A stretch of 64,000 bases of DNA, taken from an uncultured Erysipelotrichaceae bacterium (lineage in GTDB: Bacteria > Bacillota_I > Bacilli_A > RF39 > UBA660). The translations under genes and the position numbers were made by a program. The stretch is taken from assembly GCA_902778125.1 (NCBI GenBank), contig CACYWH010000002.1:68075-132074 (forward strand), read 5' to 3'. Below, one piece after another: positions 19,406 through 29,675 of the stretch (the stretch's first letter is position 1; every line of letters begins with the position of its first letter). The notes under the pieces were generated by a model that did no database searches, was not told where the DNA came from, and saw nothing but the letters and a program-made list of their open reading frames with translations.

Positions 19406-21090
19406 AAGTTTTCATCTCCTAAAACACTATAATTACTAATCTCTTCAATTATTCTGTTTAAAACAGTTTCTGTTCTAATATCATTACTTTGGGCATGATT
19501 TCTAAGCTTTAATTCAACGAAACCACTTTCCAGTTTACTACCTACAGTTATTCTAATTGGAATACCTATTAAATCTATATCATTGAATTTAACGCCAGCA
19601 CTTTCCCTTCTATCATCAAGTATAGTTTCTATTTTTAAATTTTCTAGTTTTTCATATAATTTTTTAGCATATTTAAATGATTCCCTATCATCAATATTTA
19701 ATACAACTATAGCAACCTTATATGGTGAAACTTCAATTGGCCATATTATTCCATTTTCATCATGATGTTTTTCAACTATAGCATCAATACATCTATCAAT
19801 ACCTATACCATAAGAACCCATATGTACAAATTGTTCTTCATTAGTTTCATCAGAATATTTTAAATTATAAACTTTACTGTAGTTTGTTTCTAATTTAAAT
19901 ATATGTCCTACTTCTACTCCTCTTAATATTTGAGCTTTATTTCTACATTTTGGACATAAAGAATTTTTATCAAAAAGTTTTATATCTGCATATCTATTTA
20001 CCTTAAAATCTATTCCAGGATTAACATTAATATAAAAGTATCCTTTTTTATTACTTCCGCAAACAGCATTAGACATACTTTTTACTTCATTATCAGCAAT
20101 TATTTCCATTGTTGATGATATAGGTCCCACATAAGAATACGTTGTTCCTATTCTTTCAAGTTCCATTTCACTTGGAAATTCAATTTGATCAGTATGTAAT
20201 AATTTATATAATTTAAACATATTAATTTCAGCATCGTTTTTTAACAAAATCATTTTATATTGTTCATCTATTTTAATTATAATTGATTTTATAAAATTAT
20301 TTTTTTCTTCTAGTTCTGATTCTTTAATTAATTTTTTAGTTTTAACTAAAGTATCCTCTCTTTTATATCTATCATATGAAGTAGCATATTCAATATTAGT
20401 ACAATAACTACAATTGTTACATTTTACTATTTCGTTATCTCCATAATCACATATTACTTGAAATTCTTCACTTTCAGTTCCATTCATATAATATGGATCT
20501 GCTCTTGCCACTAAAGTATCAATATTTAATCTTTTAAATATGTTATTAAAAGTTTGATACATTTTATCATAACTAATATCAAGTCCACCTTCATCTGCAT
20601 CAAAACTATATGCATCTGCCATAATAAATTCTTTTTTTCTAACAAGACCATACTTAGGTTTAATTTCATCTCTAAACTTACTACTTATTTGAAATAATGT
20701 AAAATGCAAATCTCTATAACTATTAATCTTGTTTCTTACGACCATAGCAAATAATTCTTCATGAGTTGGACATAAAGAATATTCTTTGTTATTTCTTCCA
20801 ATTAAATTAAAAAGTTCTTCATCAAAAATAATATCTCTGTTATCTGATTTAAAAATATTACTTGGAACTAAAGATGGCATAAGTAGTTCTTGAGCTTTAT
20901 TTTTAATAAATTCTTCTCTTACAATTTTTTCTATATTCTTAAGTACTTTTAATCCCATTGGCAAATATGTAAAAATACCATTATCATTTTTATATATCAT
21001 ACCGCTTTTAATAAGTAACTTAGTAGATAAAGACTCTTCTTTATTTGGAAGCTCTTTTCTAGTTATAAAAAATGCATCTGACATTCTCAT
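19402..21090 (-). CDS. proS: Prolyl-tRNA synthetase, bacterial-type with INS editing domain (second ProRS in window)
   Basis: N-terminus matches bacterial ProRS. Motif 2 FQISSKFRDEIKPKYGLVRKKEFIMADAYSF and motif 3 GSYGIGIDRCIDAIVE...GIIWP. Insertion domain with the AVCGSNKKGYFYINVNPG block. Confidence 0.85.
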   Translation of the reverse strand: MRMSDAFFITRKELPNKEESLSTKLLIKSGMIYKNDNGIFTYLPMGLKVLKNIEKIVREEFIKNKAQELLMPSLVPSNIFKSDNRDIIFDEELFNLIGRNNKEYSLCPTHEELFAMVVRNKINSYRDLHFTLFQISSKFRDEIKPKYGLVRKKEFIMADAYSFDADEGGLDISYDKMYQTFNNIFKRLNIDTLVARADPYYMNGTESEEFQVICDYGDNEIVKCNNCSYCTNIEYATSYDRYKREDTLVKTKKLIKESELEEKNNFIKSIIIKIDEQYKMILLKNDAEINMFKLYKLLHTDQIEFPSEMELERIGTTYSYVGPISSTMEIIADNEVKSMSNAVCGSNKKGYFYINVNPGIDFKVNRYADIKLFDKNSLCPKCRNKAQILRGVEVGHIFKLETNYSKVYNLKYSDETNEEQFVHMGSYGIGIDRCIDAIVEKHHDENGIIWPIEVSPYKVAIVVLNIDDRESFKYAKKLYEKLENLKIETILDDRRESAGVKFNDIDLIGIPIRITVGSKLESGFVELKLRNHAQSNDIRTETVLNRIIEEISNYSVLGDENL

Positions 21091-21094
21091 ATTT

Positions 21095-21538
21095 CTACTC
21101 CACTATATATGCCATTAGTTTTCTTTCTCTTTCGTTTGTATTCCTTGGCAAAACTATATTAGTATCATATCTTACACATACTAATTTTCCATTTAAATTT
21201 TCACTTGTTACTGGATTGGTCATAGTATTTCCATTATCATCACTTCCAGATAAATAACCTCTGTTTATTAATTCTCCTATTAAAATACAAGCACAATCAC
21301 TATTACAACTTGTTTGACTTCCATCATAATTTTGACTTACATTAGAAGGAACCTGTTCTATATTATCAGCTGCCCAATCCAAAGCAGCAGTTTTAATTAA
21401 ACTTTCTCTTGAATTTCTAGTTCTTTCTAAAATGTCATTTCTTATATTAATAATTGCAGGTGTTATCATAACAGATAAAATTCCCATTATTGCAATTACA
21501 GCTAATAATTCTACCAATGTGAAACCATGTTTCTTCAT
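21095..21538 (-). CDS. Type IV pilin / pseudopilin (prepilin N-terminal methylation motif)
   Basis: MKKHGFTLVELLAVIAIMGILS: the class III signal peptide cleavage motif (G/F, E+5) and hydrophobic helix. Own extended -10 TGATATAAT and RBS AGGTGA. Its stop is 4 nt before the proS paralog start. Confidence 0.75.
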   Translation of the reverse strand: MKKHGFTLVELLAVIAIMGILSVMITPAIINIRNDILERTRNSRESLIKTAALDWAADNIEQVPSNVSQNYDGSQTSCNSDCACILIGELINRGYLSGSDDNGNTMTNPVTSENLNGKLVCVRYDTNIVLPRNTNERERKLMAYIVE

Positions 21539-21661
21539 ATCATCACCTATTCTACTATAGAATTATATCAAAAATGATAATTAATAACAATAACTTCTTG
21601 ATAAAGTTGTCGTTATAATATATAATAATATATAGAATAAAAGAATAGAAAGGAAATAACG

Positions 21662-22987
21662 ATGAGGGAATTTGACTTTGAAAAAATGCCTATTGTTGAA
21701 ATAGCAAATGAAATCATCATGGATGCTGTAAGAAAAAACGCCAGTGATATCCACATGGATCCTACAAAAGATGGCATTCGTATTAGAATCCGTATTGATG
21801 GTATTCTATCTGATTATTCATTTGTTGATGCTAAGTATAGAAGAAACTTAATATCTCGTATTAAAATGATAGCCGGAATGAACATCATGGAAACAAGACT
21901 TCCTCAAGATGGTGCTATTAAAAGTAGACTTGGTAAAAAGGTTCTCGATCTTCGTGTTTCTTCTCTACCAACAAATAATGGCGAAAAAGTCGTTATTCGT
22001 ATTTTAGATTATTCTCAAAGTTTAAAAGGTTTAGATAGTTTAGGACTTTCTCCTGAATGTATTAAAAAGATAGATAAAATGATTCAAGTACCTAATGGTA
22101 TTATCCTTGTAACAGGTGCTACTGGTGCTGGTAAATCAACAACTGTATATTCAATTTTACAAAAAATGAATACTGACGATGTTAACATTATAACTGTTGA
22201 AGACCCAGTCGAAATGGATATAGCAGGTGTTAACCAAGTTCAAGCGCAATCAGAGATTGGGCTTACTTTTGCTAATGTACTTAGAAGTATTCTTCGTCAA
22301 GACCCTGACATTATAATGATTGGAGAAATTCGTGACGATGAAACTGCCAGAATCGCTGTTCGTGCTTCAATCACTGGTCATAAAGTATTATCAACAATAC
22401 ACACAAATAACTCTCTTAACACAATTGAAAGACTTACCGATATGGATGTTGAAAGATATTTGCTTGGTAGTGCTCTTGAAGGAATTATTTCACAAAAATT
22501 GGCAAGACGTTTATGTCCTAATTGTAAAGTTAAAAGAGCAACAAATGATTATGAAAAAGATGTATTTAGAAAAGTTTATAATAAAGAAGTTAATGAATTA
22601 TATGATGCTAATCCAAAAGGATGTGATCATTGTTTCAGAGGATATTCAGGAAGAATTGGTCTTTATGAAGTATTAAATATTAATGATGATATCAGAGATG
22701 CAATCACTAATGGACTTCAAAAAAGTGAACTTAGAAAACTAGTTTATAGTAGTGATGTTATTTCCCTACTTCAAGATGGTTTAGATAAAGTTTTACAAGG
22801 ACTTACGTCATTCTCAGAAATTTTGAAAGCAGTTGACTTAGAAAACGATTTAGAAATATACGAAGAAGATAATTTACAAAGTAGTTTAAATGATGTTAAA
22901 AACATACAAGAAAACAAAACTGAAAAAACTGAAATACAAACTATAAATGACTCACCAAAAACTGAAATAGAATATTTCAATTTTTAG
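21662..22987 (+). CDS. Type II/IV secretion ATPase of the GspE/PilB family (no N1 domain)
   Basis: Walker A VTGATGAGKST, Asp box, Walker B DPDIIMIGEIRD and His box. Tetracysteine CPNC...CDHC zinc motif. Promoter TTGATA-17-TATAAT divergent from the pilin gene. Confidence 0.8.
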   Translation: MREFDFEKMPIVEIANEIIMDAVRKNASDIHMDPTKDGIRIRIRIDGILSDYSFVDAKYRRNLISRIKMIAGMNIMETRLPQDGAIKSRLGKKVLDLRVSSLPTNNGEKVVIRILDYSQSLKGLDSLGLSPECIKKIDKMIQVPNGIILVTGATGAGKSTTVYSILQKMNTDDVNIITVEDPVEMDIAGVNQVQAQSEIGLTFANVLRSILRQDPDIIMIGEIRDDETARIAVRASITGHKVLSTIHTNNSLNTIERLTDMDVERYLLGSALEGIISQKLARRLCPNCKVKRATNDYEKDVFRKVYNKEVNELYDANPKGCDHCFRGYSGRIGLYEVLNINDDIRDAITNGLQKSELRKLVYSSDVISLLQDGLDKVLQGLTSFSEILKAVDLENDLEIYEEDNLQSSLNDVKNIQENKTEKTEIQTINDSPKTEIEYFNF

Positions 22988-23035
22988 AAACTTTAATAGT
23001 TTTTTTTTTTTTGAATACAATTTATTGGTGAATTT

Positions 23036-24925
23036 ATGTTTCAAAATGTTCAAAACAAAAGAATTAAATATATATTTTATATTGCACTACTTATCTTTAT
23101 TCTTATAATGATTAAAATTTTTTATATACAAGTAATTGAATATAAAAAGTTAAACACATTAGCAAATGAATTATGGAGTAGAAACTTAACAGTTCAAGCA
23201 GACAGAGGAAAAATATTAGATAGAAATGGTAAAATAATTGTTGATAATATTACTACCGTTGGTCTTTATTTAGTGCCCAATCAAATTAAAGATAAAGAAA
23301 ATACAGCTAAAAAATTATCAGAGATAATAGGAAATTCATATGATGAAATGTATAAGCATGTAAATAAAAAAACATCTATTGAAAGAGTACATCCAGAAGG
23401 TAGAAATTTATCATTTGAAGTTGCTAACAAAATAAACGATTTAAAATTAGATGGAGTTTATTTATTAAAGGAAAGTAAAAGAAATTATTTATATGATAAT
23501 CTGTTATCTCATGTCATCGGATATACTGGAATAGATAATCAGGGATTAAGTGGACTAGAATTAAAATATAATAAAGAATTAACAGGAACTGATGGAAGTA
23601 TTAAATATTATAGTGATGGCAAAGGTAAAAGACTCAATTTACCAGAAATCTATGAAGAACCCATAAATGGTAATGATATTACATTAACAATTGATCTAGA
23701 TGTACAATTATCATTAGAAAATGAATTAAAACAAGCTTATAACAAATATAATGCAGAACATGCCATTGGAATCGTTATGAAAACAAATACTGCTGAAATT
23801 TTAGCTATGAGTAGTATTCCTTCTTTTAATCCAAATAATTATAAAAACTATGATGAAGAAACAATAAATAGAAATCTAGCAATATGGTCAAATTTTGAAC
23901 CAGGTAGTACGTTTAAAATTGTAACCCTTGCTAGTGCAATTAATGAAAATAAAGTTAATATATTTGAAGATCATTTTTATGATAGTGGTTCTATAAAAGT
24001 AGCTAATTCTACCCTTCACTGTTGGAAAAGAAAAGGACATGGGGATCAAACATATGTACAAGTTGTTGAAAATTCATGTAACCCAGGATTTGTTTCTCTT
24101 GGTTTAAAATTAGGAAAAGATACTCTATTTGATTATATTAATAAGTTAGGATTTGGTAAAAAAACAGGCATAGACTTAAATGGTGAATCAACAGGAATAC
24201 TTTTCAAAAGAGATAGAATTGGACCTGTCGAACTTGCTACAACTGCTTTTGGACAAGGAATAAGTGTTACAGCATTACAGCAAGTTACTGCAGTATCTGC
24301 TATTGTTAACGGAGGTACATTATATACTCCTTATATAGTTTCAAGTGTTGGAGATAATAAAAAAACACCAATTATTAGAAGTGAAAATATTATTAAAAAA
24401 GAAACAAGTGAATTAGTTAAATACGCCCTCGAAAGTGTTATAGCTAATGGTAGTGGAAGAAATGCATATATAGAAAATTATAGAGTTGGCGGTAAAACTG
24501 GTACTGCACAAAAAGTTGGTAGTGATGGAAGATATATGCAAGGAAATTATGTGCTTTCCTTTATAGGATTCATGCCAGCAAACGACCCTGAATTTGTAAT
24601 ATACATAGCTATAGACAATCCAAAAGGAGTAACACAATATGGTGGTGTTGTTTCTGCTCCAATAGCTAGAAATGTATTAAAAGATATTATTTCAATATAT
24701 AATTTAAAAGAAGACACAACTGGCTTACCAAAATCATATAGATGGGATGATATAAGATATGTAATGATTCCAAATGTTATTGGAATGAATAAAAAAGATG
24801 CTAAAAAAAATTTAAAAGATTTTGAAATAGAATTTGTGGGAGATGGTGATAAAGTTATAGATATATCCCCTTCAATTAATACAAGAGTTAAAGAAAAATC
24901 AATTGTAAAAATATTATTAAATTAA
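23036..24925 (+). CDS. Class B penicillin-binding protein (FtsI/SpoVD-like transpeptidase with C-terminal PASTA)
   Basis: N-terminal TM anchor and PBP dimerisation domain. SxxK (STFK), SxN (SCN) and KTGT motifs. C-terminal PASTA-like IPNVIGMNKKDAKKNL. Confidence 0.85.
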   Translation: MFQNVQNKRIKYIFYIALLIFILIMIKIFYIQVIEYKKLNTLANELWSRNLTVQADRGKILDRNGKIIVDNITTVGLYLVPNQIKDKENTAKKLSEIIGNSYDEMYKHVNKKTSIERVHPEGRNLSFEVANKINDLKLDGVYLLKESKRNYLYDNLLSHVIGYTGIDNQGLSGLELKYNKELTGTDGSIKYYSDGKGKRLNLPEIYEEPINGNDITLTIDLDVQLSLENELKQAYNKYNAEHAIGIVMKTNTAEILAMSSIPSFNPNNYKNYDEETINRNLAIWSNFEPGSTFKIVTLASAINENKVNIFEDHFYDSGSIKVANSTLHCWKRKGHGDQTYVQVVENSCNPGFVSLGLKLGKDTLFDYINKLGFGKKTGIDLNGESTGILFKRDRIGPVELATTAFGQGISVTALQQVTAVSAIVNGGTLYTPYIVSSVGDNKKTPIIRSENIIKKETSELVKYALESVIANGSGRNAYIENYRVGGKTGTAQKVGSDGRYMQGNYVLSFIGFMPANDPEFVIYIAIDNPKGVTQYGGVVSAPIARNVLKDIISIYNLKEDTTGLPKSYRWDDIRYVMIPNVIGMNKKDAKKNLKDFEIEFVGDGDKVIDISPSINTRVKEKSIVKILLN

Positions 24926-24992
24926 TATTTTAATCCTCAAAATATAGACAAACAAATTTTTGTGTGTTATTATTTATTTAGGAAGTGATTTT

Positions 24993-25610
24993 ATGGAAAA
25001 ATTAACTGACAAGCAAACTAAAATACTTAATTGTATTAAACGATTTATAGCCGAAAAAGGATATGCACCTACTATACGTGAACTTTGCAAATTATGTAAT
25101 TTGAGTAGTACTGCCACAATGTTTGTTCATCTTAAGAATTTAAGTACTAAAGGATATATTACTCAAACTGAAAGTAAATTTAGAACTATAGAACTTAATG
25201 TTCCTAATGAGTTTGACAAAAATCAAGATAGTATTGTGTCTATACCGCTTTTAGGAAAGGTAGCCGCAGGCAACCCAATAGAAGCAATTGAAAACCCAGA
25301 TGAATACTTTTCATTACCAAAAGAATTAGTGCCTAAAAACAATGAAGTTTTTGCATTAAAAGTAAGCGGAGAATCAATGATAAATGCTGGTATCTTTGAT
25401 GGAGATATAGTCATTGTTCAAAGAGAAAAAAATGCAAATAATGGAGAAATTGTTGTCGCAATGACAGATGAAAATGAAGTTACATTAAAAAGATTTTACA
25501 AAGAAAAAAATTATATTAGACTTCAACCTGAAAATGATACAATGGATCCAATAATATTAAATAATGTTTCAATTTTAGGAAAAGCTATTGGATTATATAG
25601 AACAATATAA
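24993..25610 (+). CDS. lexA: LexA repressor
   Basis: N-terminal wHTH (LTDKQTKILNCIKRF). Ala-Gly cleavage site VAAGNP and S24 peptidase Ser/Lys region (GESMINAG...KRF). The start is at MEKLTDKQ rather than the longer track ORF. Confidence 0.85.
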   Translation: MEKLTDKQTKILNCIKRFIAEKGYAPTIRELCKLCNLSSTATMFVHLKNLSTKGYITQTESKFRTIELNVPNEFDKNQDSIVSIPLLGKVAAGNPIEAIENPDEYFSLPKELVPKNNEVFALKVSGESMINAGIFDGDIVIVQREKNANNGEIVVAMTDENEVTLKRFYKEKNYIRLQPENDTMDPIILNNVSILGKAIGLYRTI

Positions 25611-25640
25611 AAAGTTATCAAATATTGATAACTTTTTTAT
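25611..25640. terminator. Bidirectional terminator shared by lexA and the convergent rhomboid gene
   Basis: AAAGTTATCAAATATTGATAACTTTTTT: perfect 9-bp stem with flanking A and T runs. Confidence 0.7.
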
Positions 25641-26767
25641 TTCATTAAAATCAAATATATTAATGCTATAACAAGTATTACAGAAACAATAAATCCATTA
25701 ATTCTATCTTGTTTTCTACCTTTATCCCCTATTCCAATTGCCATAGTAACTAAAAATCCACCAACTAAACCACCGATATGAGCAGATACATCGATACCCG
25801 GTATCATAAATCCTATTGCCAAGTTTGCAAGAACAGATGGAATAAGTGGACTTCTAAGTAATCCCTGTAATGTTGCTCTATAATAATATGTAAAATACAT
25901 AATACTTCCTAATAATCCAAATAAAGCTCCAGATGCCCCTAAACTAAATGTAATATTAGTCATAAATAGACAAGAAAATAAATTTCCAATTAGGCCACTT
26001 AAAATGTATATAATTAAGAATTTAGTTCTTCCATAATATCTTTCAACTATAGGTCCTAGAATATATAAAGAATACATATTACATGCTATATGTAATATAT
26101 CAGCATGAAGAAATAAACTAGTAAATAACCTATAATACTCATGATATGTAAATACTCTTTCATAGTTATTAGCAAAATCATATGTTATATCGCCATTCAA
26201 CATTTCATATAGAAATACTAAAATATTTAAAACAAGTAATAAATATGTAATAACAGGTTTTTTAGGGCTAAATATTTTTTCTAATTTTTTCTCATTTTTA
26301 ATTGTTTTCTCATTCATATCTTCTGTTAATTTAAAGAATTCAAGAGCATCTGCTTTTTTAGTTAATATTGCATCTTTAACCTTAGGAAAGAATTCATTAA
26401 CAACTTTATTCTTTTTAAAATCAGATATTTTTTCTACTTTAATAGTCTCTATATTTTTAGTATCTAATACTTCTACTGATTCCCCAGTATCTAAAAGTAA
26501 ATTTAACATTGTCATTCTAAATGAAAATGTACTTTTTTTAATACTTTTCATGATACTTTGGGCTTTATATATATCATTTTTATACTGCTCTTCATTGTGA
26601 ATATAGTTAGTGTTAATACGAATTAATTTTAAATCTTTTTGCATATTCTCTAACCATATTTCATTTTCCAAACCATTAATAATAACAGGTTTATAATCTT
26701 CTTCAGTAATAAAATAATGTAATATTTTTAAAATCACATCATCTTTATCATTTATTTTAACGTTCAT
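25637..26767 (-). CDS. Rhomboid-family intramembrane serine protease with N-terminal cytoplasmic domain
   Basis: C-terminal 6-TM core with GASGALFGLLG (catalytic Ser) and the AHIGGLVGG His helix. Confidence 0.7.
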   Translation of the reverse strand: MNVKINDKDDVILKILHYFITEEDYKPVIINGLENEIWLENMQKDLKLIRINTNYIHNEEQYKNDIYKAQSIMKSIKKSTFSFRMTMLNLLLDTGESVEVLDTKNIETIKVEKISDFKKNKVVNEFFPKVKDAILTKKADALEFFKLTEDMNEKTIKNEKKLEKIFSPKKPVITYLLLVLNILVFLYEMLNGDITYDFANNYERVFTYHEYYRLFTSLFLHADILHIACNMYSLYILGPIVERYYGRTKFLIIYILSGLIGNLFSCLFMTNITFSLGASGALFGLLGSIMYFTYYYRATLQGLLRSPLIPSVLANLAIGFMIPGIDVSAHIGGLVGGFLVTMAIGIGDKGRKQDRINGFIVSVILVIALIYLILMK

Positions 26768-26822
26768 TTTAACTCCTTTTCATTAATATTATTTTACTCT
26801 TATTCATATTATTAGTAAAGAG

Positions 26823-27299
26823 GTGAAAAATATTAAAAAACATTTTAAAGATATATTATTGTTTGTAATTATACTATTTTTCTGGTTATTAAGTGGGATT
26901 ATATTTAGATATAACTCAGAATTTTATAACATGCTTAAATTACCTTCCTTTGCATTAAATGGAAAAATAATAAGCATAATTTGGTTCATAATTTATATCT
27001 TAATAACTATAAGTATAATATTAGTATCCAAGAAAGTTAATATACTTAAAAGCAACGATTATTTATATATATTATTAACAAATTATATATCTAATCAATT
27101 ATTTATGTATTTCTTCTTTTATTTAATGAGTCCATTTTTAGGATTTGCTATTACTACAATAACGTTTATATCAAGTGTATTTTTATTCCTTGAAACTAGA
27201 AAAATTAGTGTAAAAGCATCTTATTTTTTAATTCCATACTTAATATATGGATTATATGCATTCATACTAATGACGAGTGTATATTTTATGAATTTTTAA
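26823..27299 (+). CDS. Five-TM membrane protein, possibly TspO/MBR family
   Basis: 158 aa and about 5 predicted TM helices. A weak LKLPSF..W pattern is reminiscent of TspO. Tail-to-tail overlap with rluD. Confidence 0.35.
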   Translation: MKNIKKHFKDILLFVIILFFWLLSGIIFRYNSEFYNMLKLPSFALNGKIISIIWFIIYILITISIILVSKKVNILKSNDYLYILLTNYISNQLFMYFFFYLMSPFLGFAITTITFISSVFLFLETRKISVKASYFLIPYLIYGLYAFILMTSVYFMNF

Positions 27300-28185
27300 A
27301 CATATCTAAAATTTCATAAAATTCTTTTTCCGGCTTAACTTCAAATTCCATAAATTTATGAGTTATAGGATGATTAAATCCTAAATACTCAGCATGCAAC
27401 ATTTGACCATAATCATTAATTGTTTTTCTAAAACCATATATAGGATCATTAACTACAGGATGTTTAATGTAATCCATATGTACTCTAATTTGATGAGTTC
27501 TTCCAGTCTCTAATACTAATTCTATTAATGTTGCTTTTTTATATCTTTCTAAAACAGTAAAATTTGTAACAGCAGTTTTACTGTTTTCATCTGTGACACA
27601 CATTTTCTTTCTGTCAGTCTTACTTCTTCCTATTGGAGCAGAAATCTTACCTTTATTCACATCAATAACGCCATGAACAAGTGCAATATATTTTCTTTTA
27701 ATTCGTTTGTTTTTAAAATCATCAGATAGTATTCTATGAGCCTCATTTGTTTTTGCTATTAACAATATCCCAGATGTATCCTTATCTATTCTATGAACTA
27801 TGCCAACTCTTTCTGTCCCACCTTCATCAGATAAATCATCTGTATAGCCTATTAAGGCATTTACCAGTGTATGTTCATAATTACCATTTCCAGGATGAAC
27901 AACCATACCACTTTTTTTATTAACAACCATTATATCATCATCTTCATATAGAATATCTAATGGTATGTCTTCCCCCTTTATAGTGGTATCTATTTTTAAT
28001 TCACCATAAGTTATCTTATCGTTAAGTTTTAAAGTATATCCTCCCTTTTCTATATTTCCATTTACAAGTATGTTACCATTTTTTATATTTTTTAATATTA
28101 AATTTCTACTTTCATTTAAATGTTCAACTAAATATATATCTAATCTTTTTTGTACATCATTTTCACTTACTACTAACTCTTTCAT
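27286..28185 (-). CDS. rluD: 23S rRNA pseudouridine synthase, RluD family
   Basis: S4 domain (LDIYLVEHL). Catalytic HRIDKDTSG and C-terminal GRTHQIRVH motifs. Confidence 0.85.
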   Translation of the reverse strand: MKELVVSENDVQKRLDIYLVEHLNESRNLILKNIKNGNILVNGNIEKGGYTLKLNDKITYGELKIDTTIKGEDIPLDILYEDDDIMVVNKKSGMVVHPGNGNYEHTLVNALIGYTDDLSDEGGTERVGIVHRIDKDTSGILLIAKTNEAHRILSDDFKNKRIKRKYIALVHGVIDVNKGKISAPIGRSKTDRKKMCVTDENSKTAVTNFTVLERYKKATLIELVLETGRTHQIRVHMDYIKHPVVNDPIYGFRKTINDYGQMLHAEYLGFNHPITHKFMEFEVKPEKEFYEILDMFKNS

Positions 28186-28636
28186 TATAAAACTCCTTTA
28201 TCAAAAAATATAATAACAAAATAACTCCAACGGTTATATAAGAATCTGCAATATTGAACACAGCCATTTCCTTATTAAATAATGTAAAAGAAACAAAATC
28301 TACAACATAACCTCTAAATATTCTGTCTATTAAATTACCTAGCGCTCCACTTAAAACAAGTGTATAAGAAAAAACTACTTTGCTACTTTTATTCCTTTTA
28401 ATTTCTTCATATATATAATATATTAATCCTAATGATATTAAAATCAATATAAAAATATTACCACTCAATATTCCGAATGCGGCACCAGTATTCTCAACAT
28501 ATATAAATTTTAAAAATTTAGGTATTATGACTAAAACATTATCGTTTAATAAATTTGTAATTAATATTTTAGATATTTGATCTATAACTATCAAAATTAT
28601 CATAATTATTATTAAGTTTCTTGTTTCTTTTTTCAT
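28163..28636 (-). CDS. lspA: Lipoprotein signal peptidase II
   Basis: 157-aa 4-TM protein with conserved NTGAAFG and FNIAD blocks. Confidence 0.8.
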   Translation of the reverse strand: MKKETRNLIIIMIILIVIDQISKILITNLLNDNVLVIIPKFLKFIYVENTGAAFGILSGNIFILILISLGLIYYIYEEIKRNKSSKVVFSYTLVLSGALGNLIDRIFRGYVVDFVSFTLFNKEMAVFNIADSYITVGVILLLYFLIKEFYNERVSSK

Positions 28637-28657
28637 ATTATTATTTTAACATATTTT

Positions 28658-28888
28658 TCAGTTAATATCTATCAGTATAACGTCTTCACCCATTTTTTTT
28701 ATTTGGGTGAATTTTATTGTTATTTCTTCTGTTGTAGCAAATAAATTTCTCATAAAGTGGGCTCTTTCAATAATAAATTTTATCATATAACCATTAGATG
28801 GATCGAATTCAACATCAACTATTCTACCTATTTTTTTGCCATCTTTAACACTAACAATATCTTTTCTTTGTAATTCAGATAATTTCAT
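28658..28888 (-). CDS. PRC-barrel protein of the YlmC/YmxH sporulation family
   Basis: 76 aa: LQRKDIVSVKDGKKIGRIVDVEFD, characteristic of YlmC/YmxH. Confidence 0.6.
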   Translation of the reverse strand: MKLSELQRKDIVSVKDGKKIGRIVDVEFDPSNGYMIKFIIERAHFMRNLFATTEEITIKFTQIKKMGEDVILIDIN

Positions 28889-28899
28889 ATTAAATTATA

Positions 28900-29670
28900 T
28901 TATAAAATTAATTTTTTAATACTATTTAATGCACTATTTTCTATCCTTGATACCTGTGCTTGGCTTATATTTAACTGCTCTGCTATTTCAGATTGTGAAA
29001 GACCATCTAAATATCTTTTAATAATAATTTGTTTTTCTCTATCCTTTATTTTACTTAAAGCCTCTTTTAAAGCTAACATATTATTTAAATCATCTATATT
29101 TTTATCCTCTAGTTGATCTAGTAATAATATAGTATCATTTCCATCATTATATATTGGTTCAAATATACTGACAGGTTCAGATAATGAAGATAAAGCAATA
29201 TTTAAATCATAGGGAGTAATATTAAATTGATTACATATTTCATCCGTAGAAGGATAAATATAATTTTTTTTCAAATATTCTTCTCTATAATTTACAATTT
29301 TATAGGATAACTCTTTAATAGTTCTAGATATTCTTACTTGATTATTGTCTCTTATATATCTTTTAATCTCACCCTCTATCATAAAAACAGCATATGTACT
29401 AAATTTAACACCAAATGATAAATCAAAGTTATCAATTGCTTTTATTAAGCCAATTGTTCCTATTTGAAATAAATCATCTAAATTATCACATCGATTTTGA
29501 TACTTTTGAAGAATACTTAAAACCAATTTCAAATTACCCTTAACCAATCTTTCTTTTGCTAACTTACTTCCATTCCTTAATTCAACAAAAAGCTCGTTCA
29601 TCTCGCTTGTTTTAATTGTTTTTAATTTACTAGTATCTACACCAGTTAATTCAACTTTATTTTTTGCCAT
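28900..29670 (-). CDS. sigG: Forespore sigma factor SigG
   Basis: N-terminus MAKNKVELTGVDTSKLKT closely matches B. subtilis SigG (MSRNKVEICGVDTSKL). Regions 2-4 are present. Confidence 0.85.
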   Translation of the reverse strand: MAKNKVELTGVDTSKLKTIKTSEMNELFVELRNGSKLAKERLVKGNLKLVLSILQKYQNRCDNLDDLFQIGTIGLIKAIDNFDLSFGVKFSTYAVFMIEGEIKRYIRDNNQVRISRTIKELSYKIVNYREEYLKKNYIYPSTDEICNQFNITPYDLNIALSSLSEPVSIFEPIYNDGNDTILLLDQLEDKNIDDLNNMLALKEALSKIKDREKQIIIKRYLDGLSQSEIAEQLNISQAQVSRIENSALNSIKKLIL

Positions 29671-29675
29671 ATTAA

